Assembly (NCBI GenBank): GCA_048941015.1
Contig: JBHLNZ010000017.1
Span: forward strand, 1 to 50,559
Direction of reading: 5' to 3'
DNA from: Promethearchaeota archaeon
GTDB taxonomy: Archaea > Asgardarchaeota > Lokiarchaeia > Sigyniarchaeales > SOKP01
Length of the DNA stretch: 50,559 bases
Under the pieces are notes generated by a model. That model searched no databases. It had not been told where the DNA came from and was given only the letters and a program-made list of their open reading frames with translations. Positions 18,803-28,087 of the stretch are shown piece by piece. Each line of letters opens with the position of its first letter. Positions within the stretch are counted from its first letter, which is position 1. The translations under genes and the position numbers were made by a program.

Positions 18803-19288
18803 TTATAGATTAATTTTAAAAATATCTTGAATAGATTTTTCCCTTCTCTCCTTTTTAACGATTTCACGCCAATCTGGCTCTATAACATCAAATGCCCTTT
18901 CAGAAAGATTTCTTAACTCATCATCATCAGAGTTTAGAAAGTAAGCTATATAAGGTAATGCTCTTTTATCTTTAATTCTCATTAAGCTTTCAATGATATA
19001 GACTAATTTCAATTTATCAGGATCAGTATTATTTAGTTCCTCTTTTAATTTCTCAAGAATTATTAGTGTAGATCTTCCATCACCTATTCTACCCATTGCT
19101 TCAATTATTCTATTGGATACAATTGAATCCCTTTCCAATTTTAAAGCTCTGCAAAGTAGATTAACTGCTCTACCATCTTTTAAAAAACCAAGTTGTCGAG
19201 CTGCTTCAGCTCGCTTTTCTTTATCATTCTCATGAAAGATCTGTCGTATTAATGCATTAAAATTAACGTTTTGTTCATGCCAACTCAT
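18803..19288 (-). CDS. HEAT/PBS-lyase repeat protein
   Basis: RAEAARQLGFLKDGRAV, IIEAMGRIGDGRS, IIESLMRIKDKRAL. Confidence 0.85.
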   Translation of the reverse strand: MSWHEQNVNFNALIRQIFHENDKEKRAEAARQLGFLKDGRAVNLLCRALKLERDSIVSNRIIEAMGRIGDGRSTLIILEKLKEELNNTDPDKLKLVYIIESLMRIKDKRALPYIAYFLNSDDDELRNLSERAFDVIEPDWREIVKKERREKSIQDIFKINL

Positions 19289-19356
19289 ATATCAGATAAT
19301 TAGTAAGTATTATTGTTTTATAAACTATTTATTATAAAATATAAAATTAGTAAGAA

Positions 19357-20688
19357 TTATTTACTAAGAATAGAATTCATATGATCAATTCTTTTTTGGA
19401 GTAATCTTAAAGTTCCTACATCTTTTCTGTGGAAAAGACGTCCTTTTATAAACCCTATACCTCTTTCAGCTATTTTTTCAGCTTCTTCAAGAGAATCCGC
19501 AATACCCAAAATTCCCATTGCTCTAGATGTCGTAGTAAATATATTAGTACCTTCTCGATATACAGAAGCATAATAATATTTTGCACCAATCTTTTCTAAT
19601 TCATCTCTCTTAATCTCAACTTTTTCATCTTTTTTAGGAGAAATTGGATATCCTTCTGGAGCTAAATATTTGCACACAGTTGCTTTATTTTTAAATTCTA
19701 TGTTTGATGATAAATTTCCGTTTATTATACCCATACAAATATCAATAAAATCGGTTTGTAAAAGTGGTAATACATTCATGGCTTCTGGATCTCCGAATCT
19801 GGCGTTGAATTCTATTAGTTTGATGCCTTTGACGGTTTTCATATACTGACCATATAAAAAACCTTTGTATTCTACTCCAGTCTCAGCTTTAACAGCAGCA
19901 ACAACTTTTTTCATATCACTTATAGCCTCTTCGACATCAGAATTACTTATAAATGGTAGAAGATGATTATGCATAGAATATGAACCCATTCCACCGGTAT
20001 TAGGTCCAGTATCATCTTCATAAGCTCGTTTATGGTCTTGTACCAAGGGTGTTCCAACCACATTTTTACCATCTACAAAAGTTTGAAGGGTGAATTCTTC
20101 ACCATCGCATTTCTCTTCTAATAAGAAGGACTGTTTTTGGTTAACTAATTCTTGACAATAATCTAGCATATCTTGTCTTGAAAAAAGATGATCTCCATAA
20201 ACTTTTACACCTTTTCCACCAGTTAGCCCATCAGGTTTGACAACTAAATTTTCTTCGTTTATATCTTTTATGTATTGCTCTACACCTTCCATAGAACTAA
20301 AATTTTTACTTAAAATGTTGGATGGAATTTTGTATTTTTCCAATAAACTTCGTGCAAATACTTTTGAACCTTCTAGTTGAGCAGCTTCTATTTTGGGACC
20401 TACGCAAGGAATTCCACTCTTTTCAATTGCATCTACAATTCCTACTACCAATGGAGCTTCAGGACCAATAATAACAAAATCAATTGAATTAGCTTTACAA
20501 TAATCAATAATTTCTTTAAAGTCAGTCTCAGAATGAATTTTAACTCTTCCTTGACTTAAATCATCTAAACCAGCATTTTTAAAACTCATAAAAGCGAATA
20601 ATTTAGCACCATATCTAGTCAAGGTTTCTCCAATAACATGTTCTCTAGCTCCATGACCTATTATAAGAGCATTTACCATAAATAACAA
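19357..20688 (-). CDS. purD: Phosphoribosylamine-glycine ligase (likely start at the internal Met, MVNALIIG)
   Basis: GHGAREH, GPEAPL..G, LEGSK, QDHKRAYEDDTGPNTGGMG, EFNARFGDPE. Confidence 0.97.
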   Translation of the reverse strand: MLFMVNALIIGHGAREHVIGETLTRYGAKLFAFMSFKNAGLDDLSQGRVKIHSETDFKEIIDYCKANSIDFVIIGPEAPLVVGIVDAIEKSGIPCVGPKIEAAQLEGSKVFARSLLEKYKIPSNILSKNFSSMEGVEQYIKDINEENLVVKPDGLTGGKGVKVYGDHLFSRQDMLDYCQELVNQKQSFLLEEKCDGEEFTLQTFVDGKNVVGTPLVQDHKRAYEDDTGPNTGGMGSYSMHNHLLPFISNSDVEEAISDMKKVVAAVKAETGVEYKGFLYGQYMKTVKGIKLIEFNARFGDPEAMNVLPLLQTDFIDICMGIINGNLSSNIEFKNKATVCKYLAPEGYPISPKKDEKVEIKRDELEKIGAKYYYASVYREGTNIFTTTSRAMGILGIADSLEEAEKIAERGIGFIKGRLFHRKDVGTLRLLQKRIDHMNSILSK

Positions 20689-20938
20689 CTATACTAATAA
20701 TTTTATCGTTAGATAGAATTGGTTTTATTTATTAAATCTTATTTGTTTTAAAAGTAATTTTAACATATTTATTAACCAATAATTATTTCTTATATCATTA
20801 ATACCCGTAAAATGGCTCTTAAAAATAGTTAAATTCTTAAAAGGATTTTAATTCTAAATTAGGGCGCCCCATATTCAGAAAATGCTAAAGATTAACTAAT
20901 AATATAATATAAAATTAAAAGAAAATTAAATTATAATT

Positions 20939-21520
20939 TTACTCTTGCTTAGAACCACATTTTGCGCAAAATTTTGCATCAATAGGAAGTTCTTTTCCAC
21001 AGTTAGGACAGTGTTTGATTGAAGCTTCCTCTTTCATTTCTTCTTTTTTATCAGCTAGATTCGAACCGCAATGAGGACAAAAATTAGCATCCTCATCAAT
21101 TTTTTCATGGCAAAATGGACAATTTACTTTTTTTTTCTGACTTTCGATCACTGGTGTGACTTCTTCCTTCAATACCTTCAATGTGGTTGGTGCCTGAACT
21201 CCAACTCGCGCTTCAAATGGAAATTCAATATTATGTCCTTTTTTCGATAGAAGCGTTGCTTTTAAAGTGAAAATGCCTTCTTCTTTAGGTAATATTGTAA
21301 ATAATCGATTAGAACTTTTTCCAGCAGGCATTCCACTATACCATTCTGAAGCGACTAAAAGCTTAAGCTGTGGAGGCCCTGACAATTTTACTCTAACTTG
21401 TGGTATATAATTACCAGAAACATTATCAACAGTGATAAAAAACTCTTTTTTATTATTTAGATTCGCATAGACTGCTTCTGCATTATTTTTCAAATATATT
21501 CTAAAATCAGATTCAGACAT
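20939..21520 (-). CDS. Beta-sandwich-like domain plus double zinc ribbon protein
   Basis: CPFC..FCPHCG and CPNCG..FCAKCG. Confidence 0.8.
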   Translation of the reverse strand: MSESDFRIYLKNNAEAVYANLNNKKEFFITVDNVSGNYIPQVRVKLSGPPQLKLLVASEWYSGMPAGKSSNRLFTILPKEEGIFTLKATLLSKKGHNIEFPFEARVGVQAPTTLKVLKEEVTPVIESQKKKVNCPFCHEKIDEDANFCPHCGSNLADKKEEMKEEASIKHCPNCGKELPIDAKFCAKCGSKQE

Positions 21521-21771
21521 TTTTGTATTTACCTTTTATTTACTTTTTTATGATGTTTCTATTATTTATTTCTTTTTACTATAATGATATTAATTTCAGA
21601 TTCTTACTTATATTTTATATTAAAATTAAAAATGTTGAGTTATAAATAATTAAAGTAGACCAATTTTCTCTAATAGAATTCCATAATAATTAATTATATA
21701 TTTTTTTATTTATTTTTCTCAATAATTTAAAATTTATTATCATTTAAACTAAGAAATTTAACTGAATTTTA

Positions 21772-22914
21772 ATGTTAGAAGAAAAATATAGAAAAGCTGC
21801 ACGAGTTATTATAAAAGCAGGGTTCCTTCCTTTTCCTATTAACGATACCATGATTGAACTTTTGAAGATCTTATTAAATGAACATGATCTAGATTTCATT
21901 ATGGCTTTTAGGAGAAAACCTTCACAGACTATGGAAGAATTAAAAGTAAGTAGCAAATTGTCTGAAGATGAAATTTTAAATCATGTAGAAAGTTTAGCTA
22001 AAATAGGATTCCTTTTTAATCAACCAAATTCTAAGGGGGTAATGGTTTATCGACTGATGCCTCTAGTAATGGTGGGTGCATTTGAATATACCTTTATGCA
22101 AAAAGTAGAATTTAATAAACAAAATAAAGATTTAGCAATGCTATTTGCGAAACTTTTCAATGAATTATCAGATTTTATCCAAGAAAATTATGATACAATT
22201 TTAACTTTATTTGAGAATTTGCCTCCATACGATAGAACTGTTCCTATCTTAGATAAAACTGTAGCTGGTGAAGAATTAAAAATAGAAATTAATAAAGAGA
22301 TAGAAGCGCCAGAAGAATTAATAGTACCAACACAGAAAGTAGAAGATATCATAAGAAAGTTTAAAATCATTGCTGTAGGATATTGCTTTTGTAGACATCA
22401 CCAAGATTTATTAGGAAATCCATGTAAGCAAACTGAATTAAGAGAGAATTGTTTGACTTTTGGAAAATCTGCTAAATATGTTGCTGAACAAGGTTTTGGG
22501 AGATTGATTTCGCAGGAAGAAGCTTTAAAAATAATAAAAGATTCAGAGCGCGATGGTTTAGTACATAAAGCATGGCATCCGCATTCTGATATCTCGAAAG
22601 AAGAAACGAGTATTTGCAATTGTTGTGAAGATTGTTGTGGTACATTTGATTGGTGGAGAAGAGGATCAACAGCCATGATAAATTCCACAAATTATATTTC
22701 AATTATAAATAAGGATTTATGCGTAGGATGTGGAACTTGTGTTGAGAAATGCCCTATAGGTGCTATTGAGCTAAATGATGAGGATAAAGCACAGAGAAAT
22801 CCAGATTGGTGTATAGGCTGTGGAATCTGTGCTCACTTTTGTCCTGAGAATGCTATTTCTTTACAAGAAGGAATGAGAAAGGTTTATATTCCGCCTCCAA
22901 AACTTCGTGGTTAA
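21772..22914 (+). CDS. 4Fe-4S dicluster ferredoxin-domain protein
   Basis: CFCR, ICNCCEDCC, CVGCGTCVEKCP, CIGCGICAHFCP. Confidence 0.9.
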   Translation: MLEEKYRKAARVIIKAGFLPFPINDTMIELLKILLNEHDLDFIMAFRRKPSQTMEELKVSSKLSEDEILNHVESLAKIGFLFNQPNSKGVMVYRLMPLVMVGAFEYTFMQKVEFNKQNKDLAMLFAKLFNELSDFIQENYDTILTLFENLPPYDRTVPILDKTVAGEELKIEINKEIEAPEELIVPTQKVEDIIRKFKIIAVGYCFCRHHQDLLGNPCKQTELRENCLTFGKSAKYVAEQGFGRLISQEEALKIIKDSERDGLVHKAWHPHSDISKEETSICNCCEDCCGTFDWWRRGSTAMINSTNYISIINKDLCVGCGTCVEKCPIGAIELNDEDKAQRNPDWCIGCGICAHFCPENAISLQEGMRKVYIPPPKLRG

Positions 22915-22933
22915 TCTAATTTCCGCTATTTTT

Positions 22934-23656
22934 CTATTTATCTATTTGAAGTTTTTGTTTGAATAAATCAATAGTATTTGAGATTTCGGCTAACTTCAAA
23001 GAAAATTCTTTTGGCTGTAGTTTCTTTAACTTATCAAAATCTTCTATAATTTCTTTAAATTCATCAATCCAAGTTTTAAGCAAAATTTCTCCTTCTTGTC
23101 CGTGAAGTCTTTTGCTGAATTCTTTAGAGATCAATTCTTTAATTTGTTCCATTAATCTTTTCTCATTAATTGTATAAGATATTTTTAAAACATCTTGTTG
23201 GCTCTTAACAGATTCAATATCCTTTAAAATACCAATTTTATGTTTAGAAAATTCATCATTTAATTTCTTAACCATATCCGTTATAATATCTTCTTGGGTT
23301 TTTATCATTTCCTGTAATTGTTCTTGATTTAGAGTTTGATTACTTTTAATGGAGGATATCTCTTTATCTAAGGTATCAGAGATCTTTTGAAGTACATCTT
23401 CTAATTTAGAGTTCGTTTTTTCAAGTTCATCTTTTAATTTTTTATTAATTTCATTAATTTCATTAACGATTTTTGAACTAATTTCCTTAGTTTTATTATC
23501 AATATTTTTATTAATGTCCTTTATCTCATTCCCAATTTGTTTGTATTCCATATCAATAAACTTTTTAATTTCCTTATTCTCATTTTCTAATTTTTCAATT
23601 TTCTCTTTTAATTTGTTGATATCTTTAGCATTAATAGTGTAATTTTTCTTTGGGAT
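22934..23656 (-). CDS. Long coiled-coil protein; probable ATC start 35 codons upstream of the listed Met
   Basis: Frame continues upstream as (I/M)PKKNYTINAKDINKLKEKIEKLENENKEIKKFID-MEYK. GGTGA at 23667-23663 lies 6 nt before ATC at 23656; an in-frame TAA at 23662-23660 bounds the frame. Confidence 0.7.
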   Translation of the reverse strand: MPKKNYTINAKDINKLKEKIEKLENENKEIKKFIDMEYKQIGNEIKDINKNIDNKTKEISSKIVNEINEINKKLKDELEKTNSKLEDVLQKISDTLDKEISSIKSNQTLNQEQLQEMIKTQEDIITDMVKKLNDEFSKHKIGILKDIESVKSQQDVLKISYTINEKRLMEQIKELISKEFSKRLHGQEGEILLKTWIDEFKEIIEDFDKLKKLQPKEFSLKLAEISNTIDLFKQKLQIDK

Positions 23657-23671
23657 TACTTATCACCCTTT

Positions 23672-24661
23672 TTATTTATTTGAATTCAAATCTTCAACTT
23701 TTTTTCTCTTTTTATTCAAATTTAATATCATATCTAACTTTAGTTCAAAATCATCTTTAAAATGAGATAGATCTTTTCTAGTATTTTCAATTTTTTTAAT
23801 TAAAGAGTCTATTGGAGTTTTTTTTAATTCTAAAATTAAATTTTCAATATTTATAAGATTGTTATTAAATGCTTCTATAATGTTGTTCTTCATCATATTT
23901 ATTTCTAAAGAACTTCGTTGAAATTTTAAGGGTTCTAATTGGTCTTGAATTTCATTATCTTCAAAAAGATCTGAATTTACTATTTTTTTAGTGATTTTTG
24001 GAGTTATTTTTTTTTCTAAAATACTCGAATCAACTTTATTTAAATTCACGATTGGACTCTTTAACTCTTCCTCTGTTTTTTTCACCAAATTCAAAAATTG
24101 AGAAGAGATACCAACAAAATGTTTATTATTTTCTATTTCTAACTTTTCTAAAAACTCATAAATTACTAAATCAAAAGCTTCTGAAATATTAGCTTGATTC
24201 TTAGCTGAAGTAAAAATTATAGGAAATTCTTCTTTATGAAATTGACGGATATTGTTAATTAACATATCAGAATTTTCTGGTTTCAGTAAATCCGCTTTGT
24301 TTCCTATTAAATATGTTATGCATTCTGGTGAATTTTCTTTTAAATTTGGAAGTAATGTTTTTTGAATTTCAAGAAGAGTCTCTTTTGGGTTTGATAAATC
24401 AAATATTAAAAAAGCAATATCTATATTAGTAAAAAAAACAGGATTAAGGGGATTAAAAGTTTTTTGACCTCCAACATCCCATATATTAACCCTAAGATGA
24501 TTATCTTTCAAAAGATATTCCTTTCGCATTATATTTGAGCCTATAGTGGGAATATACATTTTCGGAATATCCTTACGTAAAAAAGAGTTTGCTATAGATG
24601 TTTTTCCAACGCCCCAGTAGCCCAAAAGCACTAGTTTTATATTAATTTCAGAAATAAGCAT
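23672..24661 (-). CDS. Rab-like small GTPase with C-terminal coiled-coil extension
   Basis: G1 GYWGVGKT, G2 YIPTIG, G3 WDVGGQ, G4 NKAD, G5 TSAK; no CAAX/CC tail. Confidence 0.9.
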   Translation of the reverse strand: MLISEINIKLVLLGYWGVGKTSIANSFLRKDIPKMYIPTIGSNIMRKEYLLKDNHLRVNIWDVGGQKTFNPLNPVFFTNIDIAFLIFDLSNPKETLLEIQKTLLPNLKENSPECITYLIGNKADLLKPENSDMLINNIRQFHKEEFPIIFTSAKNQANISEAFDLVIYEFLEKLEIENNKHFVGISSQFLNLVKKTEEELKSPIVNLNKVDSSILEKKITPKITKKIVNSDLFEDNEIQDQLEPLKFQRSSLEINMMKNNIIEAFNNNLINIENLILELKKTPIDSLIKKIENTRKDLSHFKDDFELKLDMILNLNKKRKKVEDLNSNK

Positions 24662-24792
24662 AATATAAAGATAAAACTTAATTTAATAAAATATGGCAAG
24701 TGATATATATAAATTTGTTCTAACGATAACTCTTAGAAGAGAAGAGCTTTAAAGAAAAAAATTCAAATAATTAAAATTTGCCTTTTTCTGAT

Positions 24793-25569
24793 TTAAATCT
24801 TCATCTCTAAAAGTCTTTTTAATCTACTTTCTATGGACGGATGCCTAGAAAGGATTGTTCTTATAAAGTTAACATCCTTTCTATATTTATTATTTACTAT
24901 CCAGAAACTTTTTGATAATTTAGTAACTTTGAACGTTAATTCTGGTTTCGAGATATAACATTTTACCATTTTTATTAGAGCTGTTGCTAATGAATGCGGA
25001 TCTCTTGTAATACGAGAGCTTTCGAAATCCGCTTGAATTTCTCTTGAACGTGATATATATGACTCTAATATAGGCCCTGTTGGAAACCATAGGAATCTTC
25101 CTACAATGAAAAGTGATTTTAACCAAACATCCTTATTTTTTATATGAAATAATTCATGAGCAGTAACGGCTTTTATTTCATTAAAATCAAGGTTTTCAAA
25201 AAGACCTATTGAAAAAACAATTAAGTATTTTTTTGGGCTAAGAAATAGTGTGAAAGCATTAGGTAAAGCGTCATCTAATATTCCAATTTTAACTTTTACT
25301 TTTAATCCAATATCCCTAATTAATTTGAAGATATAATCCTGCAATACAGGATATTCATCATTAAGCAATCTAATATCATATTTTCTTAGGATTGATTTAC
25401 CCCCTACCCAATACCAAATAATTCCGATCGAAAATAATAGACCATGATAAACAAAAATTAGGAGTGCTGCTTCAAATGCAGTACAAATAATTGGTAAAAA
25501 AAATGTGATCAAGAAATATGTAATCAAAATCAGATATATTGATAAACTTCTAATCTGAATTTTCTTCAC
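24793..25569 (-). CDS. Membrane zinc metalloprotease (M48 HtpX / M56 BlaR1-like)
   Basis: Two N-terminal TMs; PNAF, AVTAHELFH, SREIQAD, LATAL, HPSIESRL. Confidence 0.9.
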   Translation of the reverse strand: MKKIQIRSLSIYLILITYFLITFFLPIICTAFEAALLIFVYHGLLFSIGIIWYWVGGKSILRKYDIRLLNDEYPVLQDYIFKLIRDIGLKVKVKIGILDDALPNAFTLFLSPKKYLIVFSIGLFENLDFNEIKAVTAHELFHIKNKDVWLKSLFIVGRFLWFPTGPILESYISRSREIQADFESSRITRDPHSLATALIKMVKCYISKPELTFKVTKLSKSFWIVNNKYRKDVNFIRTILSRHPSIESRLKRLLEMKI

Positions 25570-25969
25570 CGCTTTTAGAATTTCTTAAACGCTCTAATTC
25601 TTCTAAAATTTTATCAAGTTCTTCTTCATTATAATTTTTTGAAATTTCTTGGATAATTTTCATTGATGTAATATTACCATAAGATTTGATTATTTGTTTT
25701 GCCAGATTTTGTGAAATTTTTTTTTCAAAACCTTTTTTACTTTCTTTTGTCTTATAAATATAAAAAAGTCCACCTTTCCCTGTCTCGATCTCTCTTGTTA
25801 AAAATCCTTTTTGGAATAACCTATTCATAGTTGTACTAATTGTGGTTAAAGCTATTTTTCTTTCTTTAGAGAGCACCTCGTATATCTCCCTTACGGTTGA
25901 TGAATGATTTTTCCACATTAATTGCATTATTTTTAATTCTAAAGGTCCAAGTTCCGATTTTATTGCCAT
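25550..25969 (-). CDS. BlaI/MecI/CopY family transcriptional repressor
   Basis: LGPLELKIMQLMW..TVREI..ALTTISTTMNRLFQKGFL.R. Likely start at the second Met (25969). Confidence 0.9.
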   Translation of the reverse strand: MAIKSELGPLELKIMQLMWKNHSSTVREIYEVLSKERKIALTTISTTMNRLFQKGFLTREIETGKGGLFYIYKTKESKKGFEKKISQNLAKQIIKSYGNITSMKIIQEISKNYNEEELDKILEELERLRNSKSGEENSD

Positions 25970-26046
25970 AAGCTTATTAATATTTCGATTATAATAAATG
26001 TTTCTATTCAAATAGTAACATTTATATTTTTTAAATTATTCTATTC

Positions 26047-26071
26047 TATGATAGTCGAAGTGACTATTATA
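26047..26071. promoter_or_regulatory. Inverted repeat, candidate operator for the BlaI-like repressor
   Basis: tatgATAGTC-gaagt-GACTATtata between the divergent repressor and ABC operons. Confidence 0.5.
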
Positions 26072-26100
26072 ATAAAATCAAATCTAAAAGGTGAGAGAAA

Positions 26101-26316
26101 ATGAGTATGTCGTTAGGTTTAATGTTAATTTTTATATCAATACTAGTAGTAGATTTAACGTTAATGATATTTTGTCTTATTAACATAAGTAAAAGCACAA
26201 AGAAGTTAAGGAAAAGCAAAATTGGATGGGCTTTAATAGTAATAATACTAAATTTAATTGGACCACTATTATATCTAATTTTTGGAAGGGAAAAATTTAA
26301 TAAAAGCAGAATTTGA
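26101..26316 (+). CDS. PLDc_N-type small two-TM protein
   Basis: K..WALIVIILNLIGPLLYLIFGR signature; AGGTGA Shine-Dalgarno motif. Confidence 0.85.
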   Translation: MSMSLGLMLIFISILVVDLTLMIFCLINISKSTKKLRKSKIGWALIVIILNLIGPLLYLIFGREKFNKSRI

Positions 26317-26360
26317 ATTTACATTAATTTAATTGAAAATAAGAAGTAAGAAAAATAAAC

Positions 26361-27329
26361 ATGCAACAAAGCTTATCTGAAAATAATAAGGAACTTGTCA
26401 AATTTTTTAATGTATCCAAGAGATATAGGGAATTATTAGCATTAGATCATATTTCCTTTACTATAGATAAGGGAGACATCTTTGGATATATTGGTCCAAA
26501 CGGAGCTGGAAAAACAACTACGATAAAGATTTTAGTTGGTTTAATTAAAGATTATGAAGGAGAAGTATATATTCGAGGCAAAAAGATCACAAAGAATCTA
26601 AATAGTCTTCAAGAAGTATTAGGTTACCATCCTCAAGATGTAGGATTTCAAGAATGGAGAACTGTTGATCATTTACTCAAAACTTTTGGATACTTAAGTG
26701 GCTTAAACTCAGTAGATCTTGAATCTAATATTCAAGAAGCATTAAATTTTGTAAATCTACAAGATGTGCGATATAAAAAGATAATTCATCTTTCAGGCGG
26801 AATGATACAAAAATTAAGATTAGCTCAAGCTTTACTTACCAAACCAGAAATTCTCGTATTAGATGAACCACTTTCGGGATTAGATCCTTTTAGTCGATAT
26901 CAATTAAAGAACTTAATAAAAACCCTTAGTAAAGAAGGAAAAACTATTTTATTTTCATCTCATATACTATCCGATGTTCAAGATATTGCCAATAAAATTG
27001 GAATTCTGAATAATGGTAAGATTATGAAGATAGGAACGCCGGATGAATTACAAAATGAATTTCAATTGGGTAATCTTATTGAAATAGAATATGCTAATAA
27101 TTCCGATCACTGCAAAGGCATTGAAAATATCTCTAATGTTGAAAGTATTGAGAAGGTTAAATTAAACAAAGATTTGATTCATTTAAAATCTAATGAAGAA
27201 TTAGATAATTGTATTCATAATATCCTTAAACTTATAATAGACCAGAAGTGCAAAATCCATAATTTCAGATTACTTAAACCGAGTTTAGAAGATGTTTACT
27301 TAAAATATGTCGGAGGAGATATAAAGTGA
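26361..27329 (+). CDS. ABC-2 type transporter ATP-binding protein
   Basis: GPNGAGKTT, LSGGM, LDEP.SGLDP, SSH, SLEDVYL. Confidence 0.95.
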   Translation: MQQSLSENNKELVKFFNVSKRYRELLALDHISFTIDKGDIFGYIGPNGAGKTTTIKILVGLIKDYEGEVYIRGKKITKNLNSLQEVLGYHPQDVGFQEWRTVDHLLKTFGYLSGLNSVDLESNIQEALNFVNLQDVRYKKIIHLSGGMIQKLRLAQALLTKPEILVLDEPLSGLDPFSRYQLKNLIKTLSKEGKTILFSSHILSDVQDIANKIGILNNGKIMKIGTPDELQNEFQLGNLIEIEYANNSDHCKGIENISNVESIEKVKLNKDLIHLKSNEELDNCIHNILKLIIDQKCKIHNFRLLKPSLEDVYLKYVGGDIK

Positions 27330-27985
27330 GTCTGAGAATTCTTTTTCTTGATGAATTAAAAGGTTTTTATAAATCAAAAGTAATGATAATTTTATGGATT
27401 GGAATACCATTATTATCATTATTGCTTCACTTTATCCCAAACACGGAAGATTTTCCTATTACATCTCTAGTAGCAATATTAATTGCAAGTATAGGAGGAA
27501 CTCTTGCTGCTGCCATGCTTAGTACTTCAATTGCAAGTGAAAAAAGTCGTCATGTATATGATTTATTTCTAATCAGACCAGTTCGACGAAGTAGTATTCT
27601 ATTAGCAAAATTTTTTGCAGTTTATCTTTGTTTGATTATTGCAACTGGAATCTCTCTAATGTTGGGATTTATAGTTGATAGAATAACTATTGGGATTCTA
27701 CCAAAAGATATTTTAGTTCAAACTTTCGAATCACTTTTCATAAGCTTATCAGGTATGGCAATTTCATGCTCAATTGGTATGCTTTTTGGAATTTTAGTTT
27801 CATCAGTACCTGTAGCCGCGATATTATCTGTATATCTTGGAAATCAATTAACAGCACTTTCAATATTACCTACAGTCTTTCTTGATTTCATTAATCCCAT
27901 CTTTTTTGCACTAATTATTGGAATCTCCATATCAACATGTATTTTAACAATATCAATTTTAACCTTTAACCATAAAGAGTTCTAA
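27326..27985 (+). CDS. ABC-2 type transporter permease
   Basis: About 6 TMs; IASEK...LIRPVRRSSILLAKF; GTGA overlap with the ATPase gene. Confidence 0.9.
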   Translation: MSLRILFLDELKGFYKSKVMIILWIGIPLLSLLLHFIPNTEDFPITSLVAILIASIGGTLAAAMLSTSIASEKSRHVYDLFLIRPVRRSSILLAKFFAVYLCLIIATGISLMLGFIVDRITIGILPKDILVQTFESLFISLSGMAISCSIGMLFGILVSSVPVAAILSVYLGNQLTALSILPTVFLDFINPIFFALIIGISISTCILTISILTFNHKEF

Positions 27986-28087
27986 ATTTAACTTTTTTTT
28001 TCTTTTTTCATTTCTTCAAGTAAAAATAATTATCTGAGAAGTAATCAAATTAGGGTCAATTATTTAAAAATAGAAAAAAGATTTTAA

